Shown piece by piece: positions 1 to 3,997 of a DNA stretch of 6,184 nucleotides (its first letter is position 1; each line of letters starts with the position of its first letter). Under the pieces are notes generated by a model. The model was not told where the DNA came from. It worked only from the letters and a program-made list of their open reading frames with translations, and did not search any database. The DNA is taken from positions 1 through 6,184 of IMG/VR virus record IMGVR_UViG_3300045988_013197; one strand, given 5' to 3'. The translations under genes and the position numbers were made by a program. Source of the stretch: a virus.

Positions 1-55
1 CGGATTATATGACATCTGCTGCTAGTGGTTCGGCTAATACCTCTCAATTAAAATC
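1..55. repeat. Terminal redundancy copy 1 (circular-genome overlap), identical to 6130..6184
   Basis: cggattatatgacatctgctgctagtggttcggctaatacctctcaattaaaatc occurs at 1-55 and again, with no mismatch, at 6130-6184. The offset is 6129 nt (divisible by 3), and the capsid reading frame stays open across the junction. Confidence 0.95.
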
Positions 56-1454
56 CGTTCCTTATGTTAATCTGAATCTCATTTCCACACTTCTAAATGG
101 TGCAATTTCCTCGAAGGCTGTTGATGATGCTGGCTTTGGCTATTGCTATGGTGCTTGTAAGATTCTGGATTATCTTGGATATGGAGCGTTTATCGGTTCT
201 GGTAATACAAAAAAAGCGGATATTACCACCCAATATCTAGGTACTTCTTATACTGCTGATTCTCAGAATCCCTTGGTTTTCGGCACTTCTATGGTCGTAA
301 ACTTGCTTCCTGTATTGGCTTATCAGAAGATCTACTTTGATTTTTTCAGCAATTCTCAATGGGAGAAACATTTGGCTTATGCTTATAATGTTGATTATTG
401 GGACGGCACTTCTCCGGTAACTCCTGTTGCTGATATGTTTAAGCTTCGCTATTCCAACTATCCTAAGGATTATTTCCTTGGTGTTCTTCCTAATTCTCAA
501 TATGGCTCGGTAGCTGCTTTGCCGTCTGTTCACTCTCTAACTGATGACTCTAATAAAGTAGTCGTTTTTACTCCTAACTCTTCTCCTTATAATGGCTTAG
601 TTCAGAACGATCCGAATACTTCTAATGTTACTGTTAACAATCAGAATAAATCTGATGTTCGTTATGCGACGCTTAACTCTGACCTCTCCGCTCTTTCAAT
701 CCGTGCAACGGAGTATTTACAGCGCTGGAAAGAAGTAATTCAATTTAGTAGTAAGGACTATTCAGACCAGATGGCTGCTCAGTTTGGCATTAAAGCTCCC
801 GAATATATGGGTAATCATGCTCATTATATTGGAGGTTGGTCTAATGTTATTAATATTAATGAGGTTCTGAATACTAACTTGACTGCTGATAACTCTCAAG
901 CTGTTATTGCTGGTAAAGGTGTTGGTTCTAAGTCTGGTCATGTTATTAATTATGATTGTGGTGCTGAACATCAGGTAATTATGTGTGTATATCATGCTGT
1001 TCCTTTGGTTGACTGGTCCTTGAAAGGTCAGAATCCTCAATTGACTGTAACTGATATTTCTGACTTTCCGCAGCCCGCCTTCGATCAATTAGGTCTGCAA
1101 CCTGTGTCAGCTTTGAATCTTAATAACAGTCCGTCGTCCCCGACTGGTAATATTGGTTATAATTTGCGTTACTGGCAATGGAAGTCTAATGTTGATACGG
1201 TTCATGGAGGTTTCCGTCCCTCTGCTACGTATCAATCTTGGGTCGCTTCTATCCAATCTTCATGGCCTCAGGTTTCAGGCCAGAGTTCGTTTTCTTATCA
1301 GTCGTTTAAGATTCGTCCTCAGCAGATGAACTCTATCTTTGAGCCTCAGATTTCAACTTCTAATTATAGTCTGGCTTTTGATCAGTTGTTGTGTAATGTT
1401 AATTTTCAGGTATATGCTGTGCAGAATCTGGATAGAAATGGTTTACCTTATTAA
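1..1454 (+). CDS. VP1: Major capsid protein VP1/F, C-terminal part (5' partial in this linearisation; first full codon at 3)
   Basis: Open from the window start in the frame of 9..1454, with stop TAA at 1452-1454. It is in frame with 5847..6129 across the 6129-nt circle, giving 1737 nt and 578 aa. It contains the capsid blocks LRYSNYPKDYFLGVLPNSQYG, IRATEYLQRWKE and FGIKAPEYMGNHAHYIGG, which resemble the R..dYF..lP.PQ.G, lR.a.alQ.w.E and FGv...d.rl.RPEylGG motifs of gokusho/alpa-type VP1. Third-position T bias is strong. Confidence 0.93.
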   Translation, partial: DYMTSAASGSANTSQLKSVPYVNLNLISTLLNGAISSKAVDDAGFGYCYGACKILDYLGYGAFIGSGNTKKADITTQYLGTSYTADSQNPLVFGTSMVVNLLPVLAYQKIYFDFFSNSQWEKHLAYAYNVDYWDGTSPVTPVADMFKLRYSNYPKDYFLGVLPNSQYGSVAALPSVHSLTDDSNKVVVFTPNSSPYNGLVQNDPNTSNVTVNNQNKSDVRYATLNSDLSALSIRATEYLQRWKEVIQFSSKDYSDQMAAQFGIKAPEYMGNHAHYIGGWSNVININEVLNTNLTADNSQAVIAGKGVGSKSGHVINYDCGAEHQVIMCVYHAVPLVDWSLKGQNPQLTVTDISDFPQPAFDQLGLQPVSALNLNNSPSSPTGNIGYNLRYWQWKSNVDTVHGGFRPSATYQSWVASIQSSWPQVSGQSSFSYQSFKIRPQQMNSIFEPQISTSNYSLAFDQLLCNVNFQVYAVQNLDRNGLPY

Positions 1455-1470
1455 TTAATTGTGTGTTACT

Positions 1471-1914
1471 ATGAGAAGTTTTGCTTACAAAAATGAAAAT
1501 TTTGTTGAGGATGATTATCGTCCTCAATTAGTAGAAGGTCATCCCTGTTATCAGGCTAGTGTATATGATTCTGTAATGTTGGAAGAAGTATGTGATGATT
1601 CGTTTAAGTTGATGGATATGACTTCTATTCTTTTGAATCAGGAGAAGTATCGTCGTCTTCTCGGTGATATGAATGTACAGAATATCCTTGCCCAGATGCA
1701 TCCTACTCAGTCTACTACTATGGATAGTATGACTGATGAGGAACGTTTTAATTGTGTCATTTCTCGACATTGTCAAACTATTTCTGAAAGGCAAGCTGTC
1801 CTTCAACAATTAGCTAGAGAGAAGTCTGAATTGTCTGCTTTTGCTGAATCTATGTTGGCAGAGACTAAGGCAGCGCCGTCCTCGGATTCCGCATCTGCCT
1901 CTAGCGCTCAATGA
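1471..1914 (+). CDS. Hypothetical 147-aa acidic protein, possibly an internal scaffolding (VP3-like) protein
   Basis: ATG at 1471, preferred over the TTG at 1459 used by the ORF track. It starts 16 nt after the VP1 stop, and its stop TGA (1912-1914) overlaps the next ATG (1911) as ATGA. Codon usage matches the genome. The protein is acidic and ends in a Ser/Ala-rich tail (AAPSSDSASASSAQ). I recognise no diagnostic motif, so the scaffold call rests only on size, charge and its position between the capsid genes. Confidence 0.75.
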   Translation: MRSFAYKNENFVEDDYRPQLVEGHPCYQASVYDSVMLEEVCDDSFKLMDMTSILLNQEKYRRLLGDMNVQNILAQMHPTQSTTMDSMTDEERFNCVISRHCQTISERQAVLQQLAREKSELSAFAESMLAETKAAPSSDSASASSAQ

Positions 1915-3014
1915 TTGGTTCCTTGTTTGGCAGTATGATTAATGCTATGTCGCAGTCCAATGCGAATGCGTCCAATGAATTAATCGCTACACAGAATCGT
2001 CAGGCTGCCCAGCATGAAGCCTATTTGTCTCGGCAATGGCAGAAGTATATGGTTGATTATCAGAATCAGTACAATTCTCCTACTGCTCAGATTGCTCGAG
2101 GTTTGAATCCTTTTGTTAGTTCTACTGGTGCGGGTACTTCTGCTTCTCCTGGTTCTTCTCCTCAGGCTACTATTCCCTCTACTCCTGCTATGCAAGGTGT
2201 CCATGTGGATTTATCTGGTATTGATTCTGCATTGGCGACATTTGCTCAGGCTCGGAAGGCTATTACTGAGTCTAATCAGGTTGAGACTCTTACCCCCCTC
2301 TTAGCTAGAAAAATTATGGGAGACACTGATTATAAGAATATTGGTGTTGGTGAGTCTGGTTATTGGGACTCTAATACTGGTCGTATTTCTGCTGAGCTGG
2401 ACCAGTCTAGAGAGCGTCAGGATCTTGAAAATGCGGTTGCTGCTGGTAAATTGTCTGCGGCTCAGACTTCTCATATTTATTTGCAGGCTGATGCTCAAGC
2501 TATCCTGAATAAATATATGGATGCTCAGCAGCAAGCAGATTTGCTTACAAAAGCCCAGTATCTTTATAACCTTCAACAACAAGGTGCTTTAACCGAGAAG
2601 CAGATTCAAACTGAGCTTCAACGTGCACTCCAGATTGCTGCTCAGACACAAGGTCAGAAAATTTCTAACAACATTGCTTCTGACACTGCTGATGCTCTAA
2701 TATCTGCTACGAATATGGCTTACTATACACAGTATTATGATTCTCTCTGGGATTACAAGAATGTCAACAATCGTAAGAATATGCAGTATTCTAAGGATAA
2801 AGCCATTCGCGATTATTACAAGTGGTCTGCTGGTAATGCCAAGAAAGACTTTGATTCTTATGGCCTGCGCAATGCTATAGACTATACGTCTCGTATTTTT
2901 CAAGGTGCTGGTAATGTAATTGGAGCTATGCGCCCTGGTCCCCAGATTTTCCGTAATGATTACGGTCCTCGTAACACTACTATTTATAATGGTTCTAATG
3001 GTATTGGTTATTAG
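1911..3014 (+). CDS. VP2: Minor capsid / DNA pilot protein (VP2-like, H-like)
   Basis: 367 aa, with its start coupled by an ATGA overlap to the upstream ORF. The N-terminal block ...QNRQAAQHEAYLSRQWQKYMVDYQNQYNSPTAQIARGLNPF resembles the conserved VP2 N-terminus, which ends in a GLNP motif. This is followed by an S/T/P/G-rich linker (about 2120-2195) and then a long Q/A/L-rich predicted coiled-coil. That architecture is typical of microvirus pilot proteins. Confidence 0.8.
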   Translation: MIGSLFGSMINAMSQSNANASNELIATQNRQAAQHEAYLSRQWQKYMVDYQNQYNSPTAQIARGLNPFVSSTGAGTSASPGSSPQATIPSTPAMQGVHVDLSGIDSALATFAQARKAITESNQVETLTPLLARKIMGDTDYKNIGVGESGYWDSNTGRISAELDQSRERQDLENAVAAGKLSAAQTSHIYLQADAQAILNKYMDAQQQADLLTKAQYLYNLQQQGALTEKQIQTELQRALQIAAQTQGQKISNNIASDTADALISATNMAYYTQYYDSLWDYKNVNNRKNMQYSKDKAIRDYYKWSAGNAKKDFDSYGLRNAIDYTSRIFQGAGNVIGAMRPGPQIFRNDYGPRNTTIYNGSNGIGY

Positions 3015-3036
3015 CTGTTAACATACTTTAGGACTA

Positions 3037-3054
3037 AGAGCCCATCACGGCTCT
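3037..3054 (+). other. Stem-loop 1 (6 bp, 6-nt loop)
   Basis: agagcc (3037-3042) pairs perfectly with ggctct (3049-3054). The loop is catcac. Confidence 0.6.
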
Positions 3055-3066
3055 GGAGTGATATAC

Positions 3067-3091
3067 ACCGGCCGCCCGCCTAGGGCCTGGT
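3067..3091 (+). other. Stem-loop 2 (7 bp GC-rich, one bulge, 10-nt loop)
   Basis: accggcc (3067-3073) pairs with ggcc-t-ggt (3084-3091), with t3088 bulged. The loop is gcccgcctag. Confidence 0.55.
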
Positions 3092-3096
3092 ATAAA
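3088..3096 (+). promoter_or_regulatory. Extended -10-like element (TGgTATAAA)
   Basis: tggtataaa at 3088-3096 matches the TGnTATAAT extended -10 pattern in 8 of its 9 positions (5 of 6 in the hexamer). There is no TTGACA-like -35 at the expected spacing. It would start transcription near the base of stem-loop 3. It is of doubtful relevance if the host is Bacteroidota, which uses TAnnTTTG promoters. Confidence 0.2.
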
Positions 3097-3099
3097 ATG

Positions 3100-3135
3100 G
3101 AGCGGAGCGACTTCCTTAGAGAAGCGTTCCGCTTC
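3100..3135 (+). other. Stem-loop 3 (about 14 bp, the longest hairpin in the island)
   Basis: gagcggagcg-a-cttc (3100-3114) pairs with gaag-cgttccgc-t-tc (3121-3135). There are 4 inner bp (cttc/gaag), a bulged a3110, and then 10 bp that include one g3107-t3127 wobble and a bulged t3133. The loop is cttaga. Confidence 0.7.
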
Positions 3136-3161
3136 GGTATTTTAGCACGTAGGTGCGCAAA

Positions 3162-3183
3162 GGCAGGTTCTATCTGACCTGCC
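3162..3183 (+). other. Stem-loop 4 (7-8 bp)
   Basis: ggcaggt (3162-3168) pairs with acctgcc (3177-3183), and an optional t3169-g3176 wobble extends the stem. The loop is ctatct. Confidence 0.7.
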
Positions 3184-3188
3184 GTGCC

Positions 3189-3203
3189 TATACACCCTGT
3201 ATA
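3189..3203 (+). other. Stem-loop 5 (6 bp, 3-nt loop), built from two copies of the TATACA motif
   Basis: tataca (3189-3194) pairs with tgtata (3198-3203). The loop is ccc. Confidence 0.55.
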
Positions 3204-3241
3204 CATCCACTTTGTCATTCAAGCGAAGCCCCTAGTTGTGT

Positions 3242-3275
3242 CCGAAGGAAATTTGAGTTATCATCTCAAATTCGG
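3242..3275 (+). other. Stem-loop 6 (8 bp perfect, plus a 3-bp extension)
   Basis: aatttgag (3250-3257) pairs with ctcaaatt (3265-3272), with loop ttatcat. ccg (3242-3244) can pair with cgg (3273-3275) across a 5-nt bulge, aagga. Confidence 0.7.
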
Positions 3276-3321
3276 CCTCCCCTTGTCCATAAACGCACAA
3301 CTCACACTCTAACCGTAGAAT

Positions 3322-3370
3322 AAAAAAAACTCTGGAATATTTTGTTTATTCGAAAATAATTCTTTCCTTT
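3322..3370 (+). terminator. Possible weak intrinsic terminator (A-tract, AT-rich hairpin, T-rich tail)
   Basis: The A8 run at 3322-3329 is followed by gaatatttt (3335-3343), which pairs with aaaata-a-ttc (3353-3362) as 9 bp with one bulged A. The T-rich tail tttccttt follows at 3363-3370. The stem is all A/T except the closing G-C, so its stability is low. Confidence 0.25.
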
Positions 3371-3422
3371 GCCCCTGTAGAAACCAACTCATTAAATTAT
3401 TAACATTTAAAATCTTACAATT
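3371..3422 (+). promoter_or_regulatory. AT-rich leader or putative promoter region for the downstream operon
   Basis: This is an AT-rich tract immediately upstream of the first gene after the gap. TTTG at 3368-3371 and taaattat at 3393-3400 give only a partial resemblance to the Bacteroidota -33 TTTG and -7 TAnnTTTG elements. The placement is plausible, but the motif match is weak. Confidence 0.2.
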
Positions 3423-3617
3423 ATGCAAAAATTTATTATTTCAGTCAAAGCAAAAGCTACTGGTCATGATGTTGTTCCGCCTTATATTGTCAATTCTCTC
3501 GATGGTCTTGGAACTTATTCTGAGCGAATGTCTCCGTTGGGCTTTATCGTTATTGTGGATTCGATTAAAGAAGAAAATGATTTTGTTTATTTTAAATCTC
3601 AGGACAATGAAAAGTAA
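3423..3617 (+). CDS. Hypothetical 64-aa protein
   Basis: ATG at 3423 and TAA at 3615-3617. The third-position T bias matches the genome (ttt att att ... gct act ggt cat gat gtt gtt). The 3' end overlaps the next start by 11 nt. I recognise no motif, and the protein is not basic, so it is not a J/VP8-like DNA-binding protein. Confidence 0.6.
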   Translation: MQKFIISVKAKATGHDVVPPYIVNSLDGLGTYSERMSPLGFIVIVDSIKEENDFVYFKSQDNEK

Positions 3618-3690
3618 TAATATCTGGAAAATTGTTATTGGCGCTGTTTCTGCTGCTTTAGGTTACATTCTTAATGCTATTGGGCTATGA
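3607..3690 (+). CDS. 27-aa single-pass membrane micro-protein, a holin-like candidate
   Basis: The ATG at 3607 lies inside the last codons of the 64-aa ORF, and the stop TGA (3688-3690) overlaps the peptidase ATG (3687) as ATGA. The peptide is MKSNNIWKIVIGAVSAALGYILNAIGL, a short polar N-terminus followed by an uncharged hydrophobic stretch of about 20 residues. 17 of the 27 codons end in T, matching genome codon usage. If this ORF were not coding, it would leave a 69-nt gap in an otherwise gapless operon. The longer 3466 start in the ORF track is a +1-frame artefact. Confidence 0.55.
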   Translation: MKSNNIWKIVIGAVSAALGYILNAIGL

Positions 3691-3992
3691 ATTACACTCT
3701 TATGCATTTTCTTGAGTACTTGTTGTATTCTAATGCTCATTTTTCTGTAACTAGTGCCAGGCGTACTCCTGAGCAGAATAAAGCTTGCAATGGTGCTCCG
3801 AATTCTCAGCATCTTGTAGGAGAAGCTGTTGATATTAAGCCTTATGGTTCTACTTCGTTTAGTAAGTTGCTCGAAATGATTCATCTTTTTTCTGATAATG
3901 TTTCGCCATTTGACCAGCTTATTATATATCCGACATTTATTCATATTTCGTTCTGTTCCCGTAATCGTCGACAGATAATAGATAAACGTTAA
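3687..3992 (+). CDS. Zinc D-Ala-D-Ala carboxypeptidase-like peptidoglycan peptidase (M15 / LAS superfamily, Peptidase_M15_3-like), a putative endolysin
   Basis: The 101-aa protein contains TSARRTPEQNKACNGAPNSQHLVGEAVDI and a downstream TFIHISF. This fits the family signature (S/T)xxR(S/T)xxxNxxxGGxxxSxHxxGxAxD plus a distal His. The predicted Zn ligands are H42 (3810-3812), D49 (3831-3833) and H86 (3942-3944). No N-terminal signal peptide is evident. Confidence 0.85.
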   Translation: MNYTLMHFLEYLLYSNAHFSVTSARRTPEQNKACNGAPNSQHLVGEAVDIKPYGSTSFSKLLEMIHLFSDNVSPFDQLIIYPTFIHISFCSRNRRQIIDKR

Positions 3993-3997
3993 TACTT

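Larger units (their letters stand above)
3031..3320 (+). ncRNA. Candidate structured element of unknown family (structured RNA, 3' UTR, or folded ssDNA element)
   Basis: I counted 139 G+C in 3031-3300 (270 nt, about 51%), against 60/180 (33%) in 3421-3600 and 25/60 (42%) in 241-300. The T-richness of the coding regions disappears here. At least six stem-loops lie back to back and are listed as separate features. One stem needs a G-T/G-U wobble that works only on the + strand. I found no match to tRNA, tmRNA, RNase P, hammerhead or any other motif I can recognise by eye. Confidence 0.35.
3015..3422. other. Long non-coding region (408 nt), the only large intergenic gap in the genome
   Basis: No ORF of 60 aa or more on either strand in the supplied track. 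It lies between the VP2 stop (3012-3014) and the next ATG (3423). Every other gene junction is 16 nt or shorter, or overlapping. Confidence 0.9.

Noticed and set aside
876-893. AACTTGA-n6-ATAAC inside VP1 resembles the phiX174 origin core, CAACTTGATATTAATAAC.
   Set aside because: The spacing differs (6 nt against 5), the middle bases do not match, and the site is within the capsid gene of a distantly related lineage. A 7-mer plus a 5-mer match is within chance for a 6-kb AT-rich genome.
1450-1460. The 11-nt attaattaatt occurs just after the VP1 stop (1450-1460) and again just before the VP1 start (5836-5846).
   Set aside because: It is a low-complexity, AT-only sequence that doubles as multi-frame stop codons in short intergenic spacers. 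It is too short and simple to call a functional repeat.
1459-1470. The TTG start at 1459 given by the ORF track for the 151-aa ORF.
   Set aside because: An in-frame ATG lies 12 nt downstream at 1471, and all other genes here start with ATG. The shorter 147-aa model is preferred, though the choice is not certain.
3097-3177. A 26-codon ORF inside the non-coding island (MERSDFLREAFRFGILARRCAKAGSI).
   Set aside because: Only 6 of its 26 codons end in T, unlike every real gene here. It coincides with stem-loops 3 and 4, so the open frame is most likely incidental to the GC-rich structure.
3162-3183. Stem-loop 4 (ggcaggt...acctgcc), which contains GGTTC, looked like a tRNA T-arm or a tRNA-derived attP fragment.
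   Set aside because: The loop does not fit the 7-nt TTCRANN T-loop. No acceptor, D or anticodon arms can be drawn around it.
3240-3250. gtccgaaggaa resembles the GGUCCGGAAGGAAGC core of SRP/4.5S RNA domain IV.
   Set aside because: Only about 10 nt are similar. The surrounding sequence does not form the symmetric and asymmetric loops or the GNRA-capped helix of SRP RNA.
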